From assembly GCF_964194155.1 (NCBI RefSeq), contig NC_135885.1, positions 67,084,001 through 67,148,000 of the forward strand: a stretch of DNA of 64,000 nt, read 5' to 3'. Below, piece after piece: positions 1 to 13,019 of this stretch. Made by a program: the position numbers and the translations under genes. The notes under the pieces were generated by a model. It was not told where the DNA came from. It ran no database searches and saw only the letters and a list, made by a program, of their open reading frames with translations. Origin of the DNA: Cetorhinus maximus (Eukaryota). Positions within the stretch are counted from its first letter, which is position 1. Every line of letters begins with the position of its first letter.

Positions 1-460
1 ACTTAACTCTATGCATTTGCGAACACACTGCCTCATATCCAATCTCCATATAAGGCCTGTACAATGGGCACCTGCTTTCAGCGTGGTCGAAGAACCTATA
101 CAGGGCAATTTGCATCATGCCACTCACTTCCTACTGAAGCCCTTAAAATTTACTCCTATCTTTATGCTTGCTGTTTCCTATTACTCAGCCAATTTTGTAT
201 CCACGTTGCTACTGTCCCTCTTATTCCATGAGCTATAACTTTTCTCACAAGTCTGCTGTGCAGCACAGTATCAAATGCCTTTTGGAAGTCCATGTACACT
301 ACATCAACAGCATTACCCTCATTAGCCCCTCTGTTGTCACTTCAAAAAGCTCCAGCAAGTTAGTTAAGTATGATTTTCCCTTAAGAAATCCACGCTGGTT
401 CTTCTTAATCAACTGATATTTTTCTAAGTGACTATTAATGCTATTCTCAATAATTGTTTC
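1..460 (-). mobile_element. Degraded CR1-type LINE fragments
   Basis: Minus-strand translation contains IKKNQRGFLKGKSYLTNLLELFEV, a CR1 RT pre-motif (QHGF.KGKSCLTNLLEFFE); fragmented. Confidence 0.6.
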
Positions 461-469
461 TCGTGAAAG

Positions 470-2792
470 AATGAAGACGGACAGGTGGCTGAGGTGTTGG
501 TGGGGGAGCATTTTAGTGATAGCGACCACAACATGGTACAGTTTAAGTTTGTTATGGACAAAGAAATAGACAAGTTGCAAAAAAATGTTTTGGATTGGGG
601 GAGAGCGGATTTTAGTAAAATAAGGCAGGATCTGGCCAAGGTAGACTGGGAACAGCTACTTGTGGGGAAATCTACAGAAGAGCAGTGGGGGACGTTCAAA
701 AAGGAAATGGGGAGCGTTCAGGCTCAACATGTTCCCTCTAGGGTGATAGGAAGGAGTAACAAGCCCAGAGAACCATGGATGACCAGAGATATTCAGGTTA
801 CGATGAGAAGGAAAAGAGAGGCTTTTAGCAGGTTCAAGGGAAGCAAATCAGTGGAGGCATTAGTGGAGTACAGAAAGTGCAGTGCAGAGCTTAAGAAAGC
901 ACTTAGGAGAGCAAAGAGGGGATATGAGAAAGTAAAAGTAGGGAAAAGTAGGGAAAATCCTAAGATATTCTATAAGTATATCAATGGGAAGAGGATAACC
1001 AGGGAAAGAGTAGGGCCCATAAGGGACCAAGGGGACAATCTATGGGTGGAGCTAGAGGACATTGCTAGAGTGTTGAATGAATACTTCACATCCATCTTCA
1101 CCCAAGAGAATGAAGATGAAGGTATCGAACTCGGGGAGAGAGACTGCGAGGTTCTTAAACAAATTGATATAGGGAGTGACAAGGTATTGGAGGTGTTGGC
1201 AGGCTTAAAAGTGGACAAATCTCCAGGTCCGGATGATTTGTGTCCCAGACTGCTGGGGGAGGCAAGGAAAGAGATCACAGGGGCTCTGACCCAAATTTTT
1301 AATTCCTCTCTGGCCACGGGGGAGGTGCCAAAGGACTGGAGAACAGCTAATGTGGTTCTGCTATTTAAGAAGGGTTGTAGAGATAAGCCAGGGAACTACA
1401 GGCCAGTGAGTCTCACGTCAGTGGCAGGGAAACAATTAGAGAAAATTCTGAAGGAGAGAATCTATCTCCACTTGGAGAGGCAAGGTTTGATCAGGGATAG
1501 TCAGCACAGCTTTGTCAGAGGGAGGTCATGCCTAACAAATTAGATTGAATTTTTTGAGGTGGTGACCAGGTGTGTAGATGAGGGTAGTGCAGTTGATGTA
1601 GTTTATATAGATTTCAACAAAGCCTTTGACAAGGTCCCACATGGGAGACTTATAAAGAAGGCAAATGCACATGGGATACAGGGTAATTTGATAAGGTGGA
1701 TTAAAAATTGGCTTAGTTGTAGGAGACAGAGGGTGATGACAGAAGGAGGCTTTAGTGGCTGGAAGCCAGTGTCCAGTGGCGTACCACAGGGATCTGTGCT
1801 GGGTCCCCTATTACTTGTCATTTATATAAACGACTTAGGTGACTATGTGGGAGGTAGGATTAGTAAGTTTGCGGGTGACACAAAGATTGACCGGGTGGTT
1901 AACAGTGAGGTTGAGTGTCTTGGGCTACAGGAAGATATAGACGGAATGGTCAAATGGGCAGATAAGTGGCAGATGAAATTTAACCCTGAAAAGCGTGAGG
2001 TGATGCACTTTGGAAGGAGTAATTTGACAAGGAAGTATTCAATGAACGGCATGACACTAGGAAGTTCTGAGGAGCAAAGGGACCTTGGCGTGTGTGTCCA
2101 TAGATCTCTGAAGGCGGAGGGGCATGTTAAGTGGGGTGGTAGAAAAGGCATATGGGGCACTTGCCTTTATCAATCGAGGCATAGATTACAAAAGTAGGGA
2201 GGTCATGTTGGAGTTGTATAGAACCTTGGTGAGGCCACAGCTGGAGTAGTGTGTGCAGTTCTGGTCGCCACATTATAGGAAGGATGTGATTGCACTGGAG
2301 GGGGTGCAGAGGAGATTCACCAGGATGTTGCCTGGGATGAAACATTTAAGTTATGAAGAGAGGTAGGATAGACTTGGGTTGTTTTCGTTAGAGCAGAGAA
2401 GACTGAGGGGCGACCTGATTGAGGTGTACAAGATTATGAGGGGCATGGACAGGGTGGATGGGGAGCAGCTGTTCCTCTTAGTTGAAGGATCAGTCACAAG
2501 GGGACATAAGTTCAAGGTGAGGGGCAGGAGGTTTGGGGGGATGAGAGGAAAAACTTTTTTACCCAGAGGGTGGTGACGGTCTGGAATGCGCTGCCTGGGA
2601 GAGTGGTGGAGGCGGGTTGCCTTACATCCTTTATAAAGTACCTGGATGAGCACATGGCACATCATAACATTCAAGGTTATGGGCCAAGTGCTGGTAAATG
2701 GGATTAGGTAGGTAGGTCAGGTGTTTCTCACGTCTCAGTGCAGACTCGATGGGTTGACGGGCCTCTTCTGCACTGTGAGATTCTGTGATATG
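470..2792 (+). mobile_element. CR1 LINE, 5'-truncated; ORF2 C-terminal APE remnant, RT and 3' tail
   Basis: ORFs 485-1543 and 1559-2197 contain SDHNMV, KSPGPD, NYRPVSLTS, DFNKAFDKVPH, GVPQGSVLGP and FAGD (degenerate FADD). CR1 3' tail gactcgatggg...gcctcttctgcactgt. Few stops or frameshifts, so relatively young. Confidence 0.92.
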
Positions 2793-4469
2793 AATATGAA
2801 TTCTTAAAATCATGAAAAACTCCATTCATATTACATGTAACTACTAGAATTATCATATTTAATAGTTTTAAAGGAACAAATAGACTGCACTGTAATCATG
2901 CTTTGTGGGCACCTTGGGTTTCACCAACTATTCAACACATCTCCAGTTTAGTGCATTTATTAGTTCGCAAATATTGCAAAGGTCATAAGAAGAATAAGCA
3001 TGTTTTCAGAGGGTGCACCCTGAAATACTTTTATATGGATACCTTATTCTAAAGGGCACTTAAACTTTTAGTAAAAGTAAGATGCTGGACTTATGCAACC
3101 TCAGCATCCAAATTAACACCTATTTAAACTTCTAATTGGTCTGTGAGCAAGGGTATTTTTCTCAACCTCTGAAAACTGCCCATTGATCACTGAAAAAAAA
3201 ATGCTAATTTACACTTGCATCACCTCAAGGATTGACTTCTTTAATGTTCACACTTCAGGCTTCACCCTTTGATATCAATTTATTCAGAACTTCTCTTGAG
3301 CTCTGCTGGTTTGGGTCCAGGGATGTTTTTACGGCATCAGAGGTACTATACAAATGCAAGTTGGTGTTATTGGTTCTCTGTTCCCACGGAATGGATTTCA
3401 TGATCTTTGTGTCAAATCTCTCCATATTCTTACTCTGCCTCATCTCAGCTTATGTCCCCACACCATGCATCTTGGGTCCCTTCGGCACTGATGGCTCTTT
3501 CAGTACCCATTTCTTCCACTTTGCCATGAAGCCATTCTTTTGTCACAATGTCCCTCTGCAATTCATTCCTAAAACCATTTTCTCTTTTCCTTTCTCTCCG
3601 TACCTTCTAAATACCTTTCTCTTTAGCGATGCCATGGACTTCCCCTTCCCTGTAAAATAGATTCTCATTTTTCCTGCTAAGATTCTATATTTGTTATGTA
3701 CTGAAACATTTCCTTTTACACGAGGAGCATCATGATACGTCTCCTCTTTCATGAATCAACCTGAATAAGAGGAATAATTTTGTAACCAAAATGAAAGTTG
3801 GTAACCCACACGCTCCCAATATCCTAATATCATGCGATATCAATAAATGGTAACAAAGTGCAAGAAAACAGCATGGATTAACATGCACATTTTTCACTCC
3901 TGCTTAGAGGAATATGTAACTTCCGCTCATTGTTTCCCATAGGTGGACAACAAAAGGAATGTGTCACAGTAAGGACAAATCAACACTAATGCGCTCTCCC
4001 TCACCACCATACCCACCCCCTCCCCTGCAAACTCAGCCTGCTTATTCTACTTTCCAATGTAGCCAAAGGCAATTCTGATTTTCACCTAAAAATGAATTAG
4101 GCTATTATCCCAAGCTTTAAAAAATCTGCTTCACAAAATATCTGATTATAATTTGTGCAAGAATTGTAAAATGCTTCCGTTTATAAATGACAATATTAAG
4201 GCATGGGCTCACATAGCTAAGTTAGTTACCAATTGTCTCATCTGAAATAAAAAACAAACATAGAAATCAGGAATATTTTAGAACTGATCCCCATTTACAC
4301 TGTGTTGATTTCAGTTAGGCTACAGATGACTTCAACAGGTAAGGAGCAGAAATATCAGTTGGGATTTCTACTCCTGTATGCTATCCAATGACCCAGGCTA
4401 GAAACTGCACGTCTGGTGCATGTTCCTCTCCCTCTCCTCCATTCATGAGCAGAATGATTACTGTCTACA

Positions 4470-4560
4470 GGATTACTGTCACTGTTGCATTGTATGAAAC
4501 ACAGCCACCAATATGCATGCAGAAGGTTCCACAAACAGCAGTTAATGACCAGATAATCTT
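4470..4560 (-). mobile_element. 3' part of a SacSINE1/Deu-type SINE, split by the LINE at 4561-7483
   Basis: ccacaaacagcagttaatgaccagataatc matches the SINE copy at 46355-46778; the sequence resumes at 7484. Confidence 0.6.
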
Positions 4561-7483
4561 TTTTTAATTCATTCACGGGAGACTGGTTGGGCCAGAGTTT
4601 CTTGCCCATCCCTAGTTGCCCTCGAGAAGGTGGCAGTGAGCTGCCTTGTTGAAACTCTGCAGTCCATGTGGTGTAGGTACACCCACAGTGGTGTTAGGAA
4701 GGGTGTTCCAGGATTTTGACCCAGTAGTAGTGAAGGGACAGCGATATATTTCCAAGTCAGGATGGTGAGTGACATGGACAGGAACTTCCAGGTAGTGGTG
4801 TTCCCATCTATCTGCTGCTCTTGTCCCTCTAGATGGTAGTGGTTGTGGGTTTGGAAGGTGCTGTCTAAGGGGACTTGGTAGATTCCTGCAGTGCATCTTG
4901 TAGATGGTACACACTGCTGTTACTATGCATCGGTGGTGGAGGGAATGAATGTTTGTGGATGTGATGCCAATCTGCTGCTTTGTCCTGGATGGTGTCAATC
5001 TTCTCAAGTGTTGAGGGAGCTGCACTCACCCAGGCAAGAGGGGAGTATTCCATCACACTCCTGACTTGTGCCCTGTAGATGGTGGACAGGCTTTGGGGAG
5101 TCAGGAGGTGGGTTCTCGTCGCAGGATTCCTAGCCTCTGACCTGCTCTTGTAGGCACAGTATTTATATGGCTAGTCCAGCTCTGTTTCTGATCAATGGTA
5201 ACCCCCAAAATGTTGATAGTGGGGGATTCAATGATGGTAATGCCATTGAATGTCAAGGGGCGATGGTTAGATTCTCTCCTGTTGGAGATGGTCATTGCCT
5301 GACACTTGTGTGGCGCGAACGTTACTTGCCACTTATCAGCACAAGCCTGGATATTGTCCAGGTCTTACTGCATTTGGACATGGACTGCTTCAGTATCTGA
5401 GGAGTCGCAAATGGTATTGAACATTGTCAGGAAGATGTAATAATTTCCATAATGTTATTTGGAATTTATTGTAGAGTAATAGTGGGGTGTGTGTGTGTGG
5501 TGGGGGGGACGACTTAATTGAATTAAAGGCAGCTGGTCTGAAGGCTTTGATGCAAGAAGAGAAGCTAGGTTCGAAATGCTAAATAGGTAAACATGGGTGA
5601 ACGTTTGGGATGTGAGGTGTAAAGGGAACATTTGCATTTTTAAATAAACCAGAGTAGCTTGAATTCAAAAGAGGAAGGAGGCGAAATGTTACACCTAGCC
5701 AGAAGTAGTTAAGAAACAGTGTGTTTATTTTTCCCTAAGATTACTAGTAAAATTGGTACTATGACAGATTTTTATTATTAGAGAGGTAAAGTCCAAAGAC
5801 ATAGTGAAACAATGGTATTTGCATTCAAAGGGAAAAATATGTATAAAGGAGAGAAGGCTGTGTGTAAAGGCAGGCATTTTAAGATCTAACACAAGTGTGA
5901 AAAGTTTCTGCCTACAAGGAACCAAAGCTGAGGAAAACTCACTTTGATTTCGACTGTCCAGTGTGTGCTTTGCCTGGGTCTGTTTAAATCTGTGTTTTAC
6001 TGTTACCTTAATGGAGGTGCAACTGAGAGTCAGGTTAATTAGGGGATTTAGGAGTCATTATTGTAGCAATTCGTAGACATATATATATACACATGTGCTT
6101 AAAATCTTTTTCTTTTATTAATAAGTGTTTAATTTAGTTTCGTAAAAAAGCCTCTAAGCTTCAGTGGCCTGTTTACTGAATTCAAAGCCCGCATCTTGAA
6201 ATAAATACAAATTGCATTTTCTTGTGGCAGCTGCTTCAAGTTTCCCTCTGGGATTTGAGCAGCTTGGAATTTACCATCTGCTTGCCATAACAATTGTGCA
6301 ATCACCTGCGAACATCCCCATTTCTGACCTACGATGGAAGGAAGGTAATTGTTGAAGCAGCTGAAGATGGTTGGGCTGAGGACATGACCCTGAGGAACTC
6401 CTGCAGTGGTGTCCTGGAGCTGAGATGACTGACCTCCAACAACCACAACCATCTTCCTTTGTGCTAGGTATAACTCCAACCAGTGAAGAGTTTTCCCCTT
6501 GATTCCCATTGACTCCTGTTTTGCTAGGGCTCCTTGATGCCACACTCGGTCAAATGCAGCCTTGATGTCAAGGGCAGTCACTCTCATCTCACCTCAGAAG
6601 TTTAGCTCTTTTGTCAATGTTTGAACCAAGGCTGTAATGAGGTCAGGAGCTGAGTAGCCCTGGCAGAACTCAAACTGAGCATCAATGAGCAAGTGCTGCT
6701 TGATAGCACTGTTGATGACCCCTTCCATTACTTTACTGATGATTGAGAGTAGACTGATGGGACAGTAATTGGCCAGGTTGGATTTGTCCTCCTTTTTGTG
6801 TACAGGACATACCTGGGCAATTTTCCACATATCCAGGTAGATGCGTGTTGTTGCCGTACTGGAACAGCTTGGTTAGGGGCACGGCAAGTTCTGGAGCACA
6901 AGCCTTCAGTACTATTGCCGGAATATTGTCAGGGCTTACAGGCTTTGCAGTAGCCAGTGCCTTTAGCTGTTCCGTGATATCACGTGGAGTGAATCGAATT
7001 GATCTGTAAGATATGATTCCGTGAGGATGACTATTGTCAGGCTGTTGCTTGACTAGCAGCACTGTCAGGGCCCATAGCTCACCCAATTTTGGCACTAGCC
7101 CCCAGATGTTAGGACTTTGCAAAGACGACAGGGCTGAGCTTGCCGTTGTCATTTCCGGTGCCTAGGTTGATGCTGGGTGGTCCATCCTGTTTCATTTCTT
7201 TTTTGCTAGGCCATTTCAGAGGGCACATTGCTGTGGGTCTGGAGTCACATGTAGGCCACATCAGATAAGGATGGCAGATTTCCTTCCCTAAAGGACATTA
7301 GTGAACCAGATGGGTTTTTACAACAATGGTTAATGGTCATCTTTAGACTTTTAATTCCATATTTTTATTGAATTCACATTTCACCATCTTCCCTGCCTGG
7401 ACTTGAACACGGGCACTCAGAGCATTACCCTGAGTCTCTGGATTACTAGTCCAGCAACAATACCACTATGCCATTGCCTTCCC
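4561..7483 (-). mobile_element. CR1/L2-group LINE with tRNA-like 5' head and a single APE-RT ORF; internally deleted and interrupted by a solo LTR
   Basis: APE N-terminus NIWGLVPKLGEL..KQQPD (ORF 6733-7152). RT motifs ALDIKAAFDRVWH, GVPQGHVLSP and GMFAGD. A-rich 3' tail at 4561. A-box at 7463-7473 and B-box-like sequence at ~7399-7410 at the 5' end. Confidence 0.85.
5425..6292 (+). mobile_element. Solo LTR (probably Gypsy-type) inserted in the LINE RT region
   Basis: TGTCAGG...CCATAACA ends. The LINE sequence aacattg|tgcaatc is continuous across it. The ends resemble the reverse complement of the LTR at 59916-60844. TSD ambiguous (AT or ATTG). Confidence 0.65.
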
Positions 7484-7710
7484 TATGGTGACATTGATTA
7501 AGGGATAAATATTGGGTGGACATGGGTGAGTTTTTCTGCTCTTCTTCAAATAGTGCCTTGGGGCCTTTTACATCCTCCTGAAAGGACAGAAGGAGCCTCT
7601 GTTTAATGTCTCATCCCAAATACAACCGTGCCGCATTCCTCAGTCCTGCACTCAAGGCTCAGCCAAGATTTGTGCTCAAGTCTATGGGACTTGAACCCAC
7701 TTTAACCTTT
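7484..7710 (-). mobile_element. 5' part of a SacSINE1/Deu-type SINE
   Basis: Deu-core-like gcctctgtttaatgtctcatcc and B-box gggacttgaacccac; colinear with 46355-46778. Confidence 0.7.
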
Positions 7711-8244
7711 CCACCTAGGTTTTACAGATCGTAGTTAAAAATCTGAAAGAATACAGTAAACAAAATCTATAAAAAGGCAAAGATAGCAAGAGAAATCTCT
7801 GCCATAATTCTCTTTTTGATACCGAAGTTTATTTCCCCATCGCACCAAAAAAAAGCAATTGCTTAAAACCTTCTTCTCTGATCTTCATAAGTCTTCATAC
7901 TTAATGATAATTGATTAAAACAAAAAACTGAAGATTAGAAATCCAACATAAATAAATTGTGATAACCATATACTCATTTAGTGTTAATTTTTGTGGATAG
8001 AAGGCCAAAATTATTCATCAAAATTTGAAGAAAATTACATAAGAACAACCTATCATGCACAACAAAATTTTCAAATCATAAATAGCCTGAAAAACAAATT
8101 ATACCCTACCAAGACACTAAGTTTTAAATGAGATATACCAGCAAGTTCAATAATATCACTGTAAATTACAAGTGGCACAAAAACTTGAAACTTAAGCCAA
8201 CTAATCTCCATCCACCTCCACCGTCTGGCTGAACTTGTTCTCTC

Positions 8245-9760
8245 AATGAACAATTTATCTTTTAACTCATCTCACTTCCTCCAGATGAAAACTATTGGTA
8301 CCTGTATGACTTTTTTTTTTGTGGGGCATGTGGAACATTTCATGTTCCAGTCCTACTTGGGCACCCTCCCTCAAATCTTTTTCAGGTACACTAATGGCTG
8401 TACTGCTATCGCTTCCTGCTCTTACCCCAAATTGGAAAACTTCGTTAACTTTGCTTCCAGTTTCCCCCGAGCATTGACCTGGGCTTCTGGGTTACTAGTC
8501 TAGTGACATTATCATTACATCACCATCTCTCCCACATTCATTTTTGGGGATAGGCTATCAACAAATAATCATGATAACCCCATTGACTCCCATAACTACA
8601 CTTCCTCACACTCTGCACCCTGTAAGGATTCCATTCCATTCTCCCAATTTCTCCATTGCATCTGTTTGGATGATGCAACCCTCCAAAGCAGTGCTTCAGG
8701 CAGGTCTGCCTTTTATCTCATCTGAGGATTCCCCTCCACGGTAGTTGATAGGACCCTCAATCAGTCCCACACTTCTGCTCTCACCCCTTCCCCTCCCTCT
8801 CAGAGCCATGATAGGGTTCTCCTCCATATTCAACAGATCATCCTCTGCCATTTCCACCAAACATCTTTCCCTCCCATCTCCTTTCAGCATTCCAAAGGGA
8901 CCGTTCCCTCCGCTCCTCAAATCACCCCAGCCCCTTCCTATGGAACATTTCCAAGCAACAGGAGATGCAACATCTGCCCTTTTACCTCCACTTTCCTCAC
9001 CATCCAAGGGTCTAAACACAACTTCTGTCCAGGTGAAGCAGTCATTTACTTGTACTTCTTTCAATTTAGTATATTATATTTGTTGCTCACAATGCAGTCT
9101 CCTCGACACTGGGGAGACCAAATGTAGACTGGGCGAACGCTTTGTAGAACACCTCCATTTTATCCGTAAGCACGGCCCCAAGCTTTCAGTGGCCTGCCAT
9201 TTTAATTCTCCACCTTGCTCACACACTGACATATCTGTCCTCAGCCTAGCGCAAAGTTCCAATGAAGCTCACTGCAAGCTCAACGTACAACACCTCATCT
9301 TTTTATTAGGCACTTGATAGCCTTCTGTATTTGATATTTAGTTCAACTGTTTGAGACCATAACCTCTGCTCCCCCATTTTTAGTTTTCTTTGCATGTGTC
9401 TTGTTTTTCTTGCTTTACTTTCAGATGGCTGAATAATGAACATATGCCATTCAGACCTCCTCTGGACCCATCTTTTATTTTACTTGCCCCATTACCACTC
9501 TCTTTGGCTCTGTACCCCCAACTCTTCTGTCATTTAATGTCTCCCCTCTTCCCCCATCACAGATCTTCCTTTGTTCTTTTTCCACCCTCCCCCATTTCAC
9601 TCCTTAAAAGCTATTAACATCTCTACATTTTATCAGTTCTAATGATAGGTCACAACCTGAAATGCTAACTGTTTCTTTCTTCACAGAAGCTGCCTGCCAT
9701 GCTGTGCATTTCCAGTGTTTATTTCAGATTTCCAGCATCCACATTACTTTGCTTTTGTGT
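8245..9760 (+). mobile_element. Penelope-like element: RT remnant, GIY-YIG endonuclease and pLTR with degenerate hammerhead motif
   Basis: ORF 8745-9317 ends FTCTSFNLVYYICCSQCSLLDTGETKCRLGERFVEH..VACHFN (GIY-YIG with CCHH linker). RT remnant FFRYTNGC (from FRYIDD). ctaatga-taggt-cac-aacct-gaaa at ~9639-9663. Confidence 0.85.
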
Positions 9761-11067
9761 TTGAAACTCAGCACATTTGATATGCTTTGTTTCTTAAAAT
9801 CTAGATTGATCTTTCACACACACCTCTCTTGCTTTGGGTGCCGGATCATTCCTACTGATCAAGTAATACAAGGGGGAATTTAGTTAATATTTAAACCCTT
9901 TGACATAGGGAAAAGAATTCCGTGGATGTACTGAATAATACAGGTACAGTCAGAGTGAACATGAGGTTAATTATACAATTGTAAAATAATTTTCAAAGCT
10001 GTATTTGTAAAAGGCTAAGCTTAATCAAAAAGAAATACTTGGACTTCCAATAGTGCTTTCATTCCTGGAAACTGGATGATAAAAGACCCAATTGGTAATC
10101 CCTTCTATTCCTTTTATTGAGTGAATATTTAAAAGAAAATTGAAATGTGGGCAAGATTCAATACAAATCTAATTAGATATTTGTTTTTACTCACCCTAAA
10201 GACTTTATTCTTGACAAATGTTTGGGCATAGCAAAGGGTTCATTAAGTATACCCACACATTTTTGGAGTTCCATTTTTGATTATACTCAGGATTACATGT
10301 ATTTAGTGTACTCACCAAAAGACCAGGCTCCAAAAGCAGAGGATGGCAAATAAAGACCAAGGCAATATGAGCAGCCATCCTTCGACAAAGATTTGTAACT
10401 GTTGCTATAATGAAGGACGTTATATTCTATATTATCATATGATCGGTGCCTTATTTTAAGATCAGAGTCTAGAAATCACTGTTGGTAAAACTATTGGATG
10501 AACACTTCAGGTACTTAAATGACATGAATGTATCTGCTACCTTAACAAGGGTGTTAACCCACTTAAAAATCAGTTATAATTCAAACTTATATTTAAAAAG
10601 TCTGCATCAAAGTGCACAAAATAAAGTAACATTTTCTGGTGTGTGGCCCTTGACCTCTTTAGGGAGAAAAAAAATCACCATGTACATTACACCCACGTCT
10701 AAAATTACCAGTACAGGATGCTGGATAGAAGTAGTCTGTGGAGGCAAAATTCTAAATCTAAAGGGATCATCAGGTCCATTAGAAAAGTAAATGAGGGTCA
10801 GAGAGGGAGGGGTGAGGACAGGGCCTCAAATTTATCCATTTCCACAGAACGAATTAACGTTAACCACAATTAGAAGCACGCCAGCCAGCCTGCCGCTCTT
10901 GCGTCATGTTTGCGATGGGAACCTGGGTTTCTCTGCACTCGAGCAGGAGCAGCAGGTCCGGCCAGCGGCCTAGACAAGCAACAGCTTCAGGAACATGCTT
11001 CCTCCATCTGCGACAACCGCTCTGTTCTACAGTAAATAAACAGAACTGCAGACAGCTCAACACTCAC

Positions 11068-11102
11068 TTATCCTCGCTCTTGTTTTTCTGTTTCTTTCCC
11101 AT
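11068..11102 (-). CDS. EIF5B: Eukaryotic translation initiation factor 5B, coding exon 1 (rest of the gene lies to the left, not found in the window)
   Basis: ATG GGA AAG AAA CAG AAA AAC AAG AGC GAG GAT AA|gtgagt = MGKKQKNKSED, the EIF5B N-terminus. 35-nt exon with a strong donor. Expected synteny next to TXNDC9. Confidence 0.9.
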
Positions 11103-11139
11103 CTTTTTCGCACTGTTTTCTCACTCTGTCACTTTTTAA

Positions 11140-11260
11140 AATCTCTTCCAGACATATGGTAGTTGCGTAGATCTGCGCCTGCGCACCGACGTGTGACGCA
11201 CCCCACGGACTGACCTCTGATTGGTTGCAGCCGCAGCCTCCACCTGTCGGCCCGACCTGT
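11140..11260 (-). promoter_or_regulatory. EIF5B core promoter (CpG-rich)
   Basis: NRF1-like TGCGCCTGCGCA (~11174-11185), CRE-like TGACGCA, and CCAAT on the minus strand (~11220-11224), just upstream of exon 1. Confidence 0.6.
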
Positions 11261-11749
11261 CAAGCAGAAAGTGCAAAGCAGCAAATGATGCAAAACAGCT
11301 GGGATCCATGCTGGGGAGGGATTTGTACAGAAATAGCGGATGTTGTTTCAAGCATATTTTTATGCTAATTACTTTAAGAAAGGGGATTTGAACACATTTT
11401 CCTCCCGGCAGTGCAGGGAAAAAGCAAATGCTCAAATTGTGGAGGTAAAAGTCATTTTCCCTTTGTAAACAAAAATTTGACTCCGACGTCGGCGTCAAAT
11501 CTGCACCTCGAATGTTGAATTTTACTCCCCTTTTGCATTCAAAGGAGGCATCAGGTAAATTTCATAAGTTAAGAAATATCAGTATTATGTTCTTATTCAT
11601 TACATTGTAGAATACAGTTTACCTATTCTAACAAATGGCTACAGTTAAATTTGTTGAAATGTATTTACCCTTTCTTTTTTTAAACAGTGACTTCGTATTG
11701 GTAATTTTTAGTACTGTAAACTGTTTGGTACATTTTTGTAATATTTGTT

Positions 11750-12730
11750 CTCAGGATATTTAGTGATTCAGACAAGGCTGCATTTATTGTCCATCCCTAG
11801 TTGCCTTGAGAAGGTGATGCTGACTTTTTTCAGTCTTTGTGGTGAGGGTGCTAGATAGGAAGTTCCAGGATTTAGATTTGGTGATGGTGAAGAAATAATA
11901 CACGTCAAAGTCAGGATAGCTTGTGACTTAATTGGAGGGAACCTTATAGGTGATGGTTTTCTTATTATTGCTTTTGATAGTAGAGGTTCAGGACTGGAAG
12001 GTACTGCTAAAGTAAATTTAGTGAGTTGCTATAATACGTTTTGTGAATACTACTACTACCACAAAATGAGTGTTGGGGGAGGGGACGGGGTTGCAGGGGA
12101 GGGGGGAGTGGAAGGATATTAAGTACAGTGCCATAGGTGATAATCACGCATTATTTTGTCCTGAATGCTGCTGAGCTTCTTGAATGTTGTTTTGATTGTA
12201 TTGAACAAGATACATGTCTTGCTGATGGTTGAGGGTTTGTGAGCAATCAGGAGATGAGCCAGTCATCCTGGAATATCTAGCTTCTTCCCTGTTCTTGTTG
12301 TCACAGTGTTGATGTAGCTGGTCCTTTATAGCTGACCTCAAGGTGTTGACAGGGAGAGACCTGGTAAGGATAGTGCCTTTGAAGGTTAGGAAGAGGTGGA
12401 TCTTTTTTCTGTTTGATAAACTAAGTACCTGTTATTTATGTAATTCCCCTAATTTGTCAGTCCAAGATATTGTTCAAATCCTGTTGGAACTGTGAATGGA
12501 GTTATACCTTGTGAAATCGGCAAACAGTGCCATTCCTAATCTTATGATGCAGAGAAGAGCAGTGATGAAGTAGCAGAGCTAGTTTGGATGAGGATGCTAT
12601 CTTGAGAAACTGCTGCAGTTGTATTCTCCATTGGATGGTCAGCTAGAACTCCAACATGAGCCTCATTCACACCATTTTTGCTAGAACTCCATGGTGTCAA
12701 ATGCTGCCTTGATGTTGAGGATAGTAAGTT
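11750..12730 (-). mobile_element. Highly decayed copy of the CR1/L2-group LINE
   Basis: 3' tail catttattgtccatccctagttgccttgagaagg and remnant gtcaaatgctgccttgatg (DIKAAFD). Confidence 0.6.
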
Positions 12731-13019
12731 CCATCTTCAAGGCTAACTATTGGTTTTTGTTACTTAAAGCTACTATGTGAGCAAAGCCAGAACCAGTCTG
12801 TGTTTATTGCAAACTGACTTATTTCAGCAGCCGTTGTGAACTGTCATTTGACAGACACTTGATATCATTCAGGAGTTGTGTTTCATTCAATTTTGAGAAG
12901 ACCCACAGAAATGTTTTTTGGGGGTGTTATTTCAAGCTCACCACTATAAAGTCTTTCTATCTCTAACCCAATTCTCAGTACTCAGGAACCTAGACTTCAC
13001 CCTGCAGGTGAGGTCATGG

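Noticed and set aside
485-2576. Active CR1 ORF2
   Set aside because: 5'-truncated, stop at 1541-1543, later frameshift and stops, and the catalytic FADD is mutated to FAGD.
7390-7483. tRNA gene
   Set aside because: A/B boxes are present, but no convincing cloverleaf; it is the head of a retroelement (same at 39250-39340 and 46700-46778).
10311-10400. Possible minus-strand alternative EIF5B exon (MAAHIALVF...|gtgagt)
   Set aside because: Good donor, but no recognisable homology, and its phase 0 end differs from the phase 2 end of exon 1; unsupported without transcripts.
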